A stretch of DNA of 64,000 nt from contig JBEGTJ010000003.1 in NCBI GenBank assembly GCA_041179465.1, positions 2,229 to 66,228 of the forward strand. Reading direction: 5' to 3'. Both the position numbers and the translations under genes were made by a program. The notes below the pieces were generated by a model that saw nothing but the letters and a program-made list of their open reading frames with translations, had not been told where the DNA came from and searched no databases. Of the stretch, positions 1 through 9,827 are shown piece by piece (the stretch's first letter is position 1; each line of letters starts with the position of its first letter). Source of the stretch: Bacteroidota bacterium. Its GTDB lineage: Bacteria; Bacteroidota; Bacteroidia; Flavobacteriales; Schleiferiaceae.

Positions 1-463
1 GCTCAATGCCCTTTTCTTGAACGCCGTTCAGGTGCGGTTTGTACCAGAGGGCCAGGTAGGTGCTGCGCCGGCGGTAGCGCGTGTGCACCACCCGATAAAT
101 AATGGCTTCGGGCCACTGTCCTTCGGCGAGCGCGGACCAGGTCCATTCGCCGCGGCGCACCGGGCGTCCCACCAGGCCGCGGTAGGCGTAGCTGCCGTCG
201 TGCAGCGGGGCATTCAGGGTCACGAGCGCAAAGCTCTGGTCGGGGCTCTCGGTGCGCAGGGCGCTTTCGGGCAGCGCGGATTCGCCCTGGCGCAGCGCGT
301 CCAGGGTACTCGCCGCAAGGCTGTCCAGGGCCGCCAACCGGGCGCCGTCGTTCAGGCTTCGGTCGCGGGTGACCGCTACCAACCGCGCCCAATCCGCCGA
401 CTGGGCCCACGTACTCCCTGTTCCGGCGACCAGCGCGAGCAGAATCAGGGCGAAGCGCGTCAT
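1..463 (-). CDS. hypothetical secreted protein, partial (C-terminus runs off the window edge)
   Basis: My own minus-strand translation from the ATG at 463-461 reads [31 protein letters not shown]...YLALWYKPHLNGVQEKGIE. It has a signal-peptide-like N-terminus and stays open to position 2. It is absent from the ORF track because there is no stop in the window. The start overlaps the ferredoxin TAA (TAATG). Confidence 0.5.
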   Translation of the reverse strand, partial: MTRFALILLALVAGTGSTWAQSADWARLVAVTRDRSLNDGARLAALDSLAASTLDALRQGESALPESALRTESPDQSFALVTLNAPLHDGSYAYRGLVGRPVRRGEWTWSALAEGQWPEAIIYRVVHTRYRRRSTYLALWYKPHLNGVQEKGIE

Positions 464-813
464 TAATCGAGGTGCAGAAACGACTTCTTGGATTCCAGCT
501 CCTCACGCGACTCCACGTGGTCTTCGTCGGGCACGCAGCAGTCCACCGGGCATACCTCGGCGCACTGCGGGGTTTCGTGAAAGCCGACGCACTCCGTGCA
601 CTTGTCGGTCACAATGTAGTAGTAGTCGAAGCTCACGGGCTCCTGGGCGGCGCCGGCCTCGGTGCGGAGTCCGCTTTTGCTCAACAAACTGCCTTGAAGC
701 TTCGTGCCGTCGGCAAACCGCCACTCCATGCCGCCTTCGTAGATCGCGTTGTTGGGGCATTCGGGCTCGCAGGCGCCGCAGTTAATGCACTCGTCGGTAA
801 TCTTAATGGCCAT
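463..813 (-). CDS. 2x[4Fe-4S] ferredoxin
   Basis: 116 aa. Two cluster motifs are present, [12 protein letters not shown] and [22 protein letters not shown]. It is divergent from a LuxC-like reductase, as is usual in Flavobacteriia. Confidence 0.9.
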   Translation of the reverse strand: MAIKITDECINCGACEPECPNNAIYEGGMEWRFADGTKLQGSLLSKSGLRTEAGAAQEPVSFDYYYIVTDKCTECVGFHETPQCAEVCPVDCCVPDEDHVESREELESKKSFLHLD

Positions 814-823
814 CGTTGAAGCG

Positions 824-831
824 TACTTTTG
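824..831 (+). promoter_or_regulatory. Bacteroidetes-type -7 promoter box TACTTTTG upstream of the acyl-CoA reductase gene
   Basis: Exact TAnnTTTG match in the ferredoxin/reductase divergent spacer, 32 nt before the ATG at 864. No clear -33 TTTG. Confidence 0.35.
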
Positions 832-863
832 TGGCCCTAAAGATACGCCCTTTTTTGCGGTTC

Positions 864-1859
864 ATGCTCGATTCAGCCCCCCTTGACGCTCGTTTTTTGG
901 TCCTTGCGGATCTCGCTGAAGACCTGCGTCAGCTCGCGGGCGATTCCGACCTTTTGGCGCAGGTTTCGGCGCGGAATCCGTGGTTTACCCCCGAATTTTC
1001 GGCCGACGCCCTTTGCGCTTGGGCCGAGGCGCTACGGCCGGAATCGCTGCGCGCCTGGCGGACCCGCTGGCCTGAATGGGGGGTAGCCCCGAGCACCCTC
1101 GGCATTGTGGGGGCCGGAAACCTTCCCTTGGTGGCCCTGCACGACGTGATGTGCGGCTACCTCGCGGGGCACCGCGTGCGCTTCAAGCCCGCGTCGGAGG
1201 ATTCGCTGCTCACTACCGCGGTGCTGAATCGGTTGCGGCAGCGCGACCCTTCGGCCGACCTCGAGGTGGTGGAACGGCTCAACGGCGTGGAGGCGTTAAT
1301 TGCCACCGGAGGCGACCAAGCCGTCGCCCATTTCGATCAGTACTTTGCGACGGTTCCGCGCATTTTGCGCGGCGCGCGCACTTCCGCGGCAGCGGTTCCG
1401 GCCAACGCCACCGATCTAGAGCTCGATGCCCTCTCTGACGACCTCTTCCGCTACTTCGGCCGAGGCTGCCGCAGCGTTACCCACCTTGCGCTGGAGCGAG
1501 GATTGGACGTGCAGCGCCTCTTTGCCTCGTGGATGAAGTGGAGCCGGATTGCCGAGCACGCCCGCTACGGTTCGAACTACGACTACCACCGAGCGTTGTT
1601 CATGCTCAACCGCGAGCCCTTCCTCGAAAACAATTGGGTGGTGCTGCGCGAGCACGAAAGCCTGAAGCCGCCCCTTTCGGTGGTCCACGTCACCTGGCAC
1701 CCGAGTGCGGCTGCCGCAGAATCGTGGCTGGACGCCCAATCGGACCAGCTTCAAACGGTGGTGGGCCGTGGGCGGACGCCCTTTGGCCAAAGCCAGTTCC
1801 CCGCGCTGTGGGACTACGCAGACGGCGTGGATACGCCGGCGTTTTTAGTCGGGTTTTGA
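864..1859 (+). CDS. LuxC-family acyl-CoA reductase-like protein
   Basis: The ORF spans 816..1859 and I prefer the ATG at 864 (MLDSAPLD...). It shows LGIVGAGNLPLVALHD, ALIATGGDQAVAHFDQYF and LFRYFGRGCRSV, the pattern of the flavobacterial LuxC-like family. Confidence 0.7.
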   Translation: MLDSAPLDARFLVLADLAEDLRQLAGDSDLLAQVSARNPWFTPEFSADALCAWAEALRPESLRAWRTRWPEWGVAPSTLGIVGAGNLPLVALHDVMCGYLAGHRVRFKPASEDSLLTTAVLNRLRQRDPSADLEVVERLNGVEALIATGGDQAVAHFDQYFATVPRILRGARTSAAAVPANATDLELDALSDDLFRYFGRGCRSVTHLALERGLDVQRLFASWMKWSRIAEHARYGSNYDYHRALFMLNREPFLENNWVVLREHESLKPPLSVVHVTWHPSAAAAESWLDAQSDQLQTVVGRGRTPFGQSQFPALWDYADGVDTPAFLVGF

Positions 1860-1869
1860 AAACAGTCGT

Positions 1870-3345
1870 TTACCACGTTTCCAGCGCGCCGGCGTCGGCG
1901 GGCTGCGGTCGGGCATTCCCCAAGGCGTCGGCGGGAACTTGGCTGGTAGCGCCCGGCCAGCCGATGCCCAAGGCGGCCGACCCCAGTTTTAAGCGGTAGT
2001 CGTACGTGCCTGCCGATTCAAAAAGGGCCGGAGCATTGAACACGCAGCCGCCAAAGCGCTGCGGGTCGGTGACGTCGTAGAGGGCTGGGCTCGGAAAGCG
2101 GTTGAGCTTGATCAGCGAACCTTCAAAGCGGTAGTTGAATGCCGCCTGCGGGCCGTAACCAAAGCCGACTTCGGATTCTTGGCTTCCGTCGACGACGGAG
2201 TTCCGCACGTCGGCCTGGAGCAGGCTGCGGTATCGGTAGTTCCCGGTTCCGTCGTCGTACCGGTTGAACAGCCCCAAGGAGGGGGTCGATCGGGCGCCGG
2301 GGAATGCGTTGGCCAACGTGCAGTGGTCGACCTCGAGCCGTCCGCCCAGCACGTACACGTTGTACAGCCCAGAATTGCTCACGACGCTGTTCTCGAGGCG
2401 GACGCGGCCAAATCCGCTGTACACGGCGGCTCGGCTAAAGTCGGTGATTCGGCTGCGCCGCACGATGAGGTTGTGGGGTTCGCCGTCGGCCACGCTGTCG
2501 CAGCGGATGCCCAGGCTGCCGTTGCGTATCCAGGCGTTTTGGATTTCGGCCCGGGCGCCGCGCTGAATAAAAATTCCGCCCAAAAGTCCGCCCCACTGGC
2601 CGGCGATGTGCCGGTAAAACGGCTCCAAGCGGTCGCCCTCGAGCACGACCGGATCCTCGAACGAACCGGCGTTGGCCGGATCAATGCGGAGCGTGCCTCC
2701 CGATGCCACCCAGAGCCCCGATCCTTGGTGGAAGTGCACGCGCGCCCCGGCGGCAATCGTCAGGGTAGCTCCGCTGTCGACCACCGCGTAGCCATATACC
2801 ACGTGGGGCTTGTCGTCGCTCCACACCTCTTGAGCGCCAAGCACCACGTAGGGAATGAGCAGGTCGGCAAAGGGCTCGGGCTGGTCGATGGTGAGCACGC
2901 GGTTCGGGTAGTGAAAGTGGGCGTCCCAGGCGAGCGCCACCAGGTGGATGTTTTGGCGGTAGCTGCCTTGCTCTACGAGCAGCGAATCCTCCCACAGCAT
3001 TTCGCCGTCGCCCCGAGGAGCGGTGGTTTCGACGAAAATCCAAATGCTGTCGCCGGCGGGAATCACGACGTCCTGGAGGTCGGGGCCGGCTTGGCCGTTG
3101 GCGTTGAAGCGGAACGGGGATTCCGCCCCCCGGCCCAAGCGAACCCGGCTGAGGTTGACGTCGTAGGCGCTGGGGTTGACCAAGCGCACGCTGCGGGTGG
3201 AACTGCCCACCGTCGCAAAGACCGTGTCGAGGTAGACCGTGTCTTGGCTGCGCGTCAAGGCCACGGGCTGCGGAGCAAACCGGTATTCGGGCCGGCAGGC
3301 GGCCAGTGCCGACAAGGCGATCAAAAGGGCGAGCAGGCGCTGCAT
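1870..3345 (-). CDS. lipoprotein with right-handed parallel beta-helix-like repeats, function unknown
   Basis: Lipobox MQRLLALLIALSALAAC. The C-terminal half has repeated short G/N/V-rich strands (IRNGSLGIRC, LENSVVSNSGLYNVYVLGGRLEVDHCTLAN) typical of beta-helix folds. Confidence 0.6.
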   Translation of the reverse strand: MQRLLALLIALSALAACRPEYRFAPQPVALTRSQDTVYLDTVFATVGSSTRSVRLVNPSAYDVNLSRVRLGRGAESPFRFNANGQAGPDLQDVVIPAGDSIWIFVETTAPRGDGEMLWEDSLLVEQGSYRQNIHLVALAWDAHFHYPNRVLTIDQPEPFADLLIPYVVLGAQEVWSDDKPHVVYGYAVVDSGATLTIAAGARVHFHQGSGLWVASGGTLRIDPANAGSFEDPVVLEGDRLEPFYRHIAGQWGGLLGGIFIQRGARAEIQNAWIRNGSLGIRCDSVADGEPHNLIVRRSRITDFSRAAVYSGFGRVRLENSVVSNSGLYNVYVLGGRLEVDHCTLANAFPGARSTPSLGLFNRYDDGTGNYRYRSLLQADVRNSVVDGSQESEVGFGYGPQAAFNYRFEGSLIKLNRFPSPALYDVTDPQRFGGCVFNAPALFESAGTYDYRLKLGSAALGIGWPGATSQVPADALGNARPQPADAGALETW

Positions 3346-3445
3346 GTCAACGGCAAAGGTCGCAATCCGCGGGCATGCCTGGGGCGGTTGGGCAGGGAGC
3401 TTTGCAATAAATCACAAGCATCTAACTCGAGTGCGGAGAATTTCG

Positions 3446-3453
3446 TACATTTG
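3446..3453 (+). promoter_or_regulatory. -7 promoter box TACATTTG upstream of rpmE
   Basis: Exact TAnnTTTG match, 53 nt upstream of the ATG at 3507. Confidence 0.35.
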
Positions 3454-3506
3454 CCGTCCGCAAAAAATGGGGATCGGGCCAAAACTCGATCTAAAACAAC
3501 AAAGCG

Positions 3507-3758
3507 ATGAAAGAAAATCTGCACCCCACCAACTACCGCGTGTGCGCCTTCAAAGACATGGGCACCGGCGACGTAACCCTTATTCGCAGCTGCGCGAACG
3601 CCAAAGAAACCCTCGAGGTCGACGGCGTAGAATACCCCCTCGTGAAGATGGAAGTGTCGAGCTACTCGCACCCCTTCTACACGGGCAAGCAGAAGCTTCT
3701 CGATACGGCGGGACGTGTGGACAAGTTCCGCAACCGCTACGCGAAATTCTCGAAGTAA
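3507..3758 (+). CDS. rpmE: 50S ribosomal protein L31, type B
   Basis: 83 aa. MKENLHPTNY...SSYSHPFYTGKQKLLDTAGRVDKFRNRY is the L31 signature. The CxxC zinc ribbon is absent, so it is type B. Confidence 0.9.
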   Translation: MKENLHPTNYRVCAFKDMGTGDVTLIRSCANAKETLEVDGVEYPLVKMEVSSYSHPFYTGKQKLLDTAGRVDKFRNRYAKFSK

Positions 3759-3776
3759 GCCGCTACCTTCGTGGGG

Positions 3777-4952
3777 ATGCACTACATCTTCCACGACCGC
3801 GGCGAGCACGAGACGCTCAAGCCCCTTACTTGGACCCGGCCTGTGGCCGACCTGCGCGTGGGTATCACTACCCTACGCGAAAAATGGTCGCTCCGCAGCC
3901 CGGGTTCCTCGTTTTCGTACCGTTCGCAGCCCTATTTGGGTGCCCGCTTTGATTTAGTCCAGCCCGAGGGCGACGCGGTGCGCCACGTGCGCGGGGCGGC
4001 CCTAGCAACCCCGGCCCTTGTGGCAGCCGTTCAGGCGCTCAAACCCGGCCAATCGCTCGTCGACGCCCGCGGAGAGTGGCTGGCGAGCTGCGGGTCTGAG
4101 GCTCCCGAAACGCAGGTTTTTTCAGACCCCGTGCGGCTGATTCGCCGGCCCTTCGACGTGTTTGCGGCCAACGCCGAGGCGATCGAGGCCGATTTTGACT
4201 TGATGACGGCGGGACGCCGCTCCGCGGCGATCAGCAGCACCAACACCTTCATCGGCGACCGAATTTTTGCCGAAGAGGGCGCAGCCGTGGAGGCCAGCGT
4301 GCTCAACAGCCGGACCGGCGCGATTTACCTGGCGGCGGGCAGCGAAATCATGGAAGGCAGCCTCGTGCGCGGCGCCCTCGCGCTGGGGGAGGGGTCGCAA
4401 CTCAAGCTGGGGTCCAAAATCTACGGCGCCACGACCATTGGCCCCGGAAGCAAAGTTGGAGGCGAGGTGAACAACGCGGTGCTCTGGGGCAACAGCAACA
4501 AGGGCCACGACGGATTTTTGGGCAACGCCGTGCTGGGCGAGTGGTGCAACTTGGGCGCCGACACCAACAACTCCAACCTCAAGAACGACTACAGCGAGGT
4601 CAAGCTGTGGAGCTACCCGAGCGGCCGGTTTGAGCCCACCGGCCTTCAGTTCTGCGGGCTGGTGATGGGCGACCACAGCAAGGCGGGCATCAACAGCATG
4701 TTCAACACCGGGACCGTGGTGGGCGTGGCCTGCAACGTCTTTGGCGCGGGGTTCCCGCGCAACTTCATTCCCGACTTCACCTGGGGCGGACCCCAAGGCA
4801 TGACCGAGTACCGACTCGACAAGGCCCTGGCCACCGCCGAGCGGGTGCTGGCCCGACGAAACCTGCCCTTGGACGCGGGAACAACCGACATTTTGTCCGA
4901 AATTTTTGCGCAAACGGCGCCCCTGCGCGGTGGCACGGCCATTGCCCCTTAG
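3777..4952 (+). CDS. GlmU-like putative sugar nucleotidyltransferase/acyltransferase (left-handed beta-helix)
   Basis: Hexapeptide-repeat C-terminal half (GSKIYGATTIGPGSKVGGEVNNAVLWGNSNKGHDGFLGNAVLGEWCNLGADTNNSN). The ATG at 3777 (MHYIFHD) is preferred over the GTG at 3771. Confidence 0.7.
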   Translation: MHYIFHDRGEHETLKPLTWTRPVADLRVGITTLREKWSLRSPGSSFSYRSQPYLGARFDLVQPEGDAVRHVRGAALATPALVAAVQALKPGQSLVDARGEWLASCGSEAPETQVFSDPVRLIRRPFDVFAANAEAIEADFDLMTAGRRSAAISSTNTFIGDRIFAEEGAAVEASVLNSRTGAIYLAAGSEIMEGSLVRGALALGEGSQLKLGSKIYGATTIGPGSKVGGEVNNAVLWGNSNKGHDGFLGNAVLGEWCNLGADTNNSNLKNDYSEVKLWSYPSGRFEPTGLQFCGLVMGDHSKAGINSMFNTGTVVGVACNVFGAGFPRNFIPDFTWGGPQGMTEYRLDKALATAERVLARRNLPLDAGTTDILSEIFAQTAPLRGGTAIAP

Positions 4953-4959
4953 TCGGCCC

Positions 4960-7443
4960 ATGGAAGTACCCCGCTTTTCGCTCCTCTCTGAGGACACCGA
5001 CCTTATTCCGCTCATCACCAACGAAGAAGACAACTCGGTCCCTGAGGCCGACTTGGCCCACGAGTTGGCGCTCCTTCCGCTGCGCAACACCGTGCAGTTT
5101 CCGGGGGTGGTCAGCCCCATCACCGCCGGGCGCGACAAGTCGATCCGCCTGATTCAGGAGGCCCAAAAGGGCAAAAAGCTCTTTGGCGTCGTGGCGCAGC
5201 GCAACGCCGACACCGAGACCCCCTCGGCCGACGACTTGCATCCGGTGGGCACCCTGGTCCAGATGGTCAAGTCCTTCCGCATGCCCGACGGCAACATCAC
5301 GGCCATCTTGCAGGGCAAGCGCCGGTTCCGCATCGTGGAACTGCTCACCGACGAGCCCTACCACCGCGCCCGGGTGGAGTACCTCGACGACGTCGTGCCT
5401 GAAGAAGGCGATACCGAGTTCACCGCGTTGATGTCGACCATTCGCGAACTGTCGCTTGAAATCATCCAGGAGAGCCCCAACATTCCCACCGAGGCGCAGA
5501 TTGCGGTTAAAAACATCGAGTCCGACACCTTTTTGCTGCACTTCATCGCGAGCAACACCAACCTCGAGGTGGAGGCCAAGCAGCTCCTGCTCGAGGAGCA
5601 CGACCTGAAGGTCCGCGCCCAGCAGGTGCTCAAGCATTTGAGCCACGAGAAGCACTTGCTCGAGGTCAAGAACGACATCGCCAATAAAGTGCGCGTGGAG
5701 TTCGACCAGCAGCAGCGGGAGTACTTCTTGCAGCAGCAAATGCGCACGATTCAAGAGGAACTGGGCGGCAACAGCTTTGAGGCGGAATTTGAGTCGTTCC
5801 GCCAGCGAGCGGCCGCCAAAAAGTGGCCCGCCGAAGCGGCCCAGCAGTTTGAGAAGGAGCTGGCGCGCCTGCAGCGGCTGAATCCGCAGGTACCCGATTT
5901 TGGAATCCAGCGCAACTACCTCGAGCTGATGCTCGACCTGCCCTGGGACCACGTGGTCAAGGACCGCCACGACCTGAAGAAGGCCCGCAAAATCCTCGAC
6001 CGCGACCACTTTGGCCTCGAAAAAGTGAAGGAGCGCATCCTCGAGCACCTCGCGGTGCTGGCCCTCAAAGGCGACCTGAAAAGCCCGATTTTGTGCCTGT
6101 ACGGCCCTCCGGGGGTGGGCAAAACTTCGCTGGGTCGCTCGATTGCTGAGTCCCTTGGCCGACCCTACGTGCGCATGTCGCTGGGCGGAATGCGCGACGA
6201 AGCCGAGATCCGCGGCCACCGCAAAACCTACATTGGCGCCATGCCCGGCCGCATCCTGCAGCAAATCAAAAAGGCAGGCGCGTCCAATCCCGTGCTCGTG
6301 CTCGACGAAATCGACAAGCTCGGCATGGGTGCCCAAGGCGACCCTTCAAGTGCGCTGCTCGAGGTGCTCGATCCCGAGCAAAACCACGCCTTCCACGACC
6401 ACTTCCTCGAGATGGGGTACGACCTGTCTAAGGTGCTCTTCATTGCGACCGCCAACAACTTGGGCGGAATTCAGCCGGCGCTGCGCGACCGAATGGAGCT
6501 GATTGAGGTCACGGGCTACACGCGCGAAGAAAAGGTCAAGATTGCCCAAAACCACTTGATGCCCAAGCAGCTGCGCGAGCACGGCCTCGAACCCAAGGCC
6601 CTCAAGCTCGAGGGGTCGACGGCCTCAGCACTGATCGAAGGCTACACCCGGGAGTCGGGCGTGCGCCGACTCGACCAGCAGCTGGCCAAGCTCGCCCGCA
6701 AGGCCGCCTTAGCCCGCGCCGAGGGCAAGGACTTCCCCGCGAAGCCCTCCGCGGCCGACCTGACCGAGATTTTGGGTGTGGCGCGCTTCCGCAAAGACGA
6801 CTACGCCAACGACGGCGTGGCGGGCGTGGCCACCGGCCTCGCCTGGACCCCGGTGGGCGGCGACATTTTGTACCTGGAATCCAGCATTGCCCCGGGCAGC
6901 GGCCGACTCAGCATCACCGGCAACCTGGGCGACGTGATGAAGGAGTCCGCCACCTTAGCCATGACCTTTTTGAAGGCCAATGCGGCGGAATTTGGCCTGG
7001 AACCCGAGCACTTCAGCCAGTACGACGTGCACCTTCACGTACCCGAAGGCGCCGTCCCCAAAGACGGTCCGTCGGCGGGAATCGCCTTGCTCACCGCGCT
7101 GACCTCGCTCTACACCCAGCGCCGGGTGCGCAACGCCTTGGCCCTGAGCGGCGAAATCACCCTTCGCGGCAAGGTGCTGCCCGTGGGCGGAATTCGCGAG
7201 AAGCTGCTCGCCGCCAAGCGCGCGGGCATCAAAACGGTGCTGCTTTGCGCCGACAACGAGCGCGACGTGCGCGAAATTCCCGAGAACTACCTCAAGGGAC
7301 TCGAGGTGCGCTACGTGAAGTCGATGCGCGAGGTCTTGGACTACTCGGTAACCGATAAGAAGGTCAAAAACGCCAAGGTGCTGAGCGTGCGCAAGCCCGC
7401 GCAGGCGACGGAGGCGACCGGATCGTCGTCGGCTAAAGCGTAA
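4960..7443 (+). CDS. lon: ATP-dependent Lon protease
   Basis: Walker A GPPGVGKTS, LON substrate-binding N-domain, and catalytic PKDGPSAG with a downstream K. I chose the start at MEVPRFSLLSED because the 4906 extension overlaps the upstream gene. Confidence 0.95.
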   Translation: MEVPRFSLLSEDTDLIPLITNEEDNSVPEADLAHELALLPLRNTVQFPGVVSPITAGRDKSIRLIQEAQKGKKLFGVVAQRNADTETPSADDLHPVGTLVQMVKSFRMPDGNITAILQGKRRFRIVELLTDEPYHRARVEYLDDVVPEEGDTEFTALMSTIRELSLEIIQESPNIPTEAQIAVKNIESDTFLLHFIASNTNLEVEAKQLLLEEHDLKVRAQQVLKHLSHEKHLLEVKNDIANKVRVEFDQQQREYFLQQQMRTIQEELGGNSFEAEFESFRQRAAAKKWPAEAAQQFEKELARLQRLNPQVPDFGIQRNYLELMLDLPWDHVVKDRHDLKKARKILDRDHFGLEKVKERILEHLAVLALKGDLKSPILCLYGPPGVGKTSLGRSIAESLGRPYVRMSLGGMRDEAEIRGHRKTYIGAMPGRILQQIKKAGASNPVLVLDEIDKLGMGAQGDPSSALLEVLDPEQNHAFHDHFLEMGYDLSKVLFIATANNLGGIQPALRDRMELIEVTGYTREEKVKIAQNHLMPKQLREHGLEPKALKLEGSTASALIEGYTRESGVRRLDQQLAKLARKAALARAEGKDFPAKPSAADLTEILGVARFRKDDYANDGVAGVATGLAWTPVGGDILYLESSIAPGSGRLSITGNLGDVMKESATLAMTFLKANAAEFGLEPEHFSQYDVHLHVPEGAVPKDGPSAGIALLTALTSLYTQRRVRNALALSGEITLRGKVLPVGGIREKLLAAKRAGIKTVLLCADNERDVREIPENYLKGLEVRYVKSMREVLDYSVTDKKVKNAKVLSVRKPAQATEATGSSSAKA

Positions 7444-7452
7444 CTTGCTGCG

Positions 7453-8463
7453 GTGCGCACAGGCCTCATTTGCATCGTGTTGGCGGTTTCGGTACCCGGA
7501 TTCGCCCAAACGGGTTCGTGGTCGACCCTGAACACGGCGGGCTCGGCGCGCTGGAACGCCTTGGCGGGGGCGGCTTGGGCATTCCCGGCCGACGCCGCGT
7601 CGTCCACCTTTAACCCGTCGCTGGCGGCAGGCCTCGACCGCAGCCAAGCGGTGCTGAGTACGGGGCGGCTTCCGAGCGGACTCCGCCTGGGCCACATGAG
7701 TGCGGCCTTTCGGCGCAAGGGCTGGTACGCTTCGGTCGGCGCGGACTACCTCAACACCGGCGCGATGCCCGAAACCAACGAGCTGGGCACCGTCATCGGA
7801 ACGTTTCGCTTTCAGGAGTCCCGTCCACGGGTGACCCTTGCCCGGTCCTGGGCCGTGGGCGACCGCGGCGCGCAACTTCTGGTGGGGGCCACGCTGCGCT
7901 GGACCCTTCAGACGGCCTCAAACCTCGTGGGCCAAGCGCTGAGTACCGACTGGGGCGCCACCTTAGTGGCCGACAGCGGACGGGTGCACGCGGCGTTGGT
8001 CCTGCAGCATGCGGGCCTGAGCCTCGATCCGTTGGGGGCCACCCCCGAACCCCTTCCCACAGCGCTGCACGCCGCCCTCAGCCGCAAGTTTCGCTACGCC
8101 CCGTTCCGGGTGCATGTGGCGGCCCGCGACCTTCAGCGCTGGAACCTGGCGGGCTACGAGCCCTTGCGCGACGTGCGGGACCCGCTGACCGGCCAGTCGA
8201 CCTACAACGCGCCGTCGTGGACCAACTTGGCCCTGCGGCACCTGGCGGTCGCCGTGGAGGCCGAGCTGGGCGGACGCCTCCGCGCCCAAATTGGCTACGA
8301 TTTTCGCCGACAGCTCGAAATGCAACTTCCCACGCGGCGCACCAACGCGGGGCTCAGCCTGGGATTTGGACTCAAGGCGGGCAAGAGCCAAATCCAATGG
8401 TCGCAGTCGGTCTACCACGTCGCAGGCCGCTTCACCCAGTTTTCCTTTACCCGTTCGCTATGA
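7453..8463 (+). CDS. porQ: PorQ-like type IX secretion outer-membrane beta-barrel protein
   Basis: GTG start and signal peptide (IVLAVSVPGFAQ). About 336 aa of beta-barrel-like sequence ending in an aromatic-rich C-terminus. It sits immediately upstream of cmk with an ATGA overlap, which matches the porQ-cmk adjacency I recall from Porphyromonas and Flavobacteria. Confidence 0.55.
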   Translation: MRTGLICIVLAVSVPGFAQTGSWSTLNTAGSARWNALAGAAWAFPADAASSTFNPSLAAGLDRSQAVLSTGRLPSGLRLGHMSAAFRRKGWYASVGADYLNTGAMPETNELGTVIGTFRFQESRPRVTLARSWAVGDRGAQLLVGATLRWTLQTASNLVGQALSTDWGATLVADSGRVHAALVLQHAGLSLDPLGATPEPLPTALHAALSRKFRYAPFRVHVAARDLQRWNLAGYEPLRDVRDPLTGQSTYNAPSWTNLALRHLAVAVEAELGGRLRAQIGYDFRRQLEMQLPTRRTNAGLSLGFGLKAGKSQIQWSQSVYHVAGRFTQFSFTRSL

Positions 8464-9146
8464 CCCCGATTCGCATTGCCGTCGACGGATACGCCTCGAC
8501 CGGAAAGTCCACGTTGGCCAAGCGCTTGGCGGCCGCCCTCGGATTTTTGTACATCGACACCGGCGCCATGTACCGCATGGTGGCCCTTCACGCGATTCGC
8601 CAGGGCTGGGCGTCGCCCGAGGGAATTAACGCCGTCGCGATTAACGCCTCGCTGGAGCAGCTCCACCTGGGCTTCGCACGCGACACCCAAGGCCGCAACC
8701 GCGCCATCCTCAACGGCGAAGACGTCGAAGATGCGATTCGGAGCATGGAGGTGAGCCGGGTCGTCAGCGCGGTTTCGTCGCTCGTCCCCGTGCGCCGCAG
8801 GTTGGTCGCCCAGCAGCAAGCCATGGGCCGAAGCCACAGCGTGGTCATGGACGGCCGCGACATTGGCACCGTGGTGTTTCCCGACGCGGAACTCAAGCTT
8901 TTTGTGACCGCCGACGCCGACGTGCGGGCCCAGCGCCGATTTGCCGAAATGGACGCCGCCCAGCCCGGAGCGGTGAGCCTCGCCGAGGTCAAGGCCAACC
9001 TGCTTCAGCGCGACAAAGAGGACCGCGAGCGGCTCGACAGCCCGCTGCTGCTTGCCGACGACGCGGTCGTACTCGACAACTCGCAGGTGTCGCCCGACGA
9101 GCTGTTTGACGCGGCCATGAAGCTCGTGGCCTCGGTAAATTCCTAA
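8460..9146 (+). CDS. cmk: cytidylate kinase
   Basis: IAVDGYASTGKSTLAKRLAAALGFLYIDTGAMYR and the GRDIGTVVFPDA motifs. The start at MTPIRIAV overlaps the porQ stop (ATGA). Confidence 0.9.
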   Translation: MTPIRIAVDGYASTGKSTLAKRLAAALGFLYIDTGAMYRMVALHAIRQGWASPEGINAVAINASLEQLHLGFARDTQGRNRAILNGEDVEDAIRSMEVSRVVSAVSSLVPVRRRLVAQQQAMGRSHSVVMDGRDIGTVVFPDAELKLFVTADADVRAQRRFAEMDAAQPGAVSLAEVKANLLQRDKEDRERLDSPLLLADDAVVLDNSQVSPDELFDAAMKLVASVNS

Positions 9147-9152
9147 TTCAAG

Positions 9153-9818
9153 CTATTGGCCGACGGCCTTGAGTCGGGCAATGACCGTTTCGCCCCCGCG
9201 GGGCTTGTCGCCGATTTGGCAAAGCACCTCGGCGTCTAAAGGGAGGAAGAGGTCGACGCGCGATCCGAAGCGGATGAAGCCTACGTCTTCGCCCACCGAA
9301 ACGGGCTGGCCGGGTTTGACGTACACGGCGATGCGGCGTGCGACGGCTCCGGCGATTTGGCGAATCATCACTTCTCCGTGGTTGAGGGTGTCAAAAACCA
9401 GGGTGGTGCGCTCGTTTTCGGTGCTCGACTTGGGGTGCCAGGCCACGAGGTACTTGCCTTGGTGGTACTTGGCGAACACCGTTTTTCCGCTGACGGGCGC
9501 GCGGTTGACGTGCACGTTGAGCGGAGACATGAAAATGCTAATCTGCTTGCGCGTTCCGTTGAAGTACTCGGATTCTTGGGCTTCCTCGATCACGACCACC
9601 GTGCCGTCGGCGGGCGCAATCACGTCTCCGGCTTGAGCGACGGTGGTCCGCGTGGGGTTGCGGAAGAACTGAAGCACCAGCCCTAAAAGGACCAGGCCCA
9701 CCGCGAGGTACGCACTCACGGCCCATTCAGGGGCGCCCAATTGGGTGAGGAGCACGTAGGGCAGGGCCAGGATCAGGAGGCTGACAAAAATGGTTTTGGT
9801 TCCTTCGCGGTGCAGCAT
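9153..9818 (-). CDS. psd: phosphatidylserine decarboxylase proenzyme (short form)
   Basis: 221 aa with N-terminal TM helices and the self-cleavage region GFIRFGSRVDLFLP. Confidence 0.85.
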   Translation of the reverse strand: MLHREGTKTIFVSLLILALPYVLLTQLGAPEWAVSAYLAVGLVLLGLVLQFFRNPTRTTVAQAGDVIAPADGTVVVIEEAQESEYFNGTRKQISIFMSPLNVHVNRAPVSGKTVFAKYHQGKYLVAWHPKSSTENERTTLVFDTLNHGEVMIRQIAGAVARRIAVYVKPGQPVSVGEDVGFIRFGSRVDLFLPLDAEVLCQIGDKPRGGETVIARLKAVGQ

Positions 9819-9827
9819 GAGGGGGAG

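Noticed and set aside
3507-3758. L31 type B as a zinc-starvation (Zur-regulated) paralogue
   Set aside because: No Zur-box-like palindrome is visible in the 160-nt upstream region. As far as I recall, the type B form is often the only L31 in Bacteroidota, so this is probably the housekeeping copy.
4777-6336. 519-aa minus-strand ORF opposite lon and the GlmU-like gene
   Set aside because: It is antisense to strongly supported genes, has low-complexity composition, and shows no motifs.
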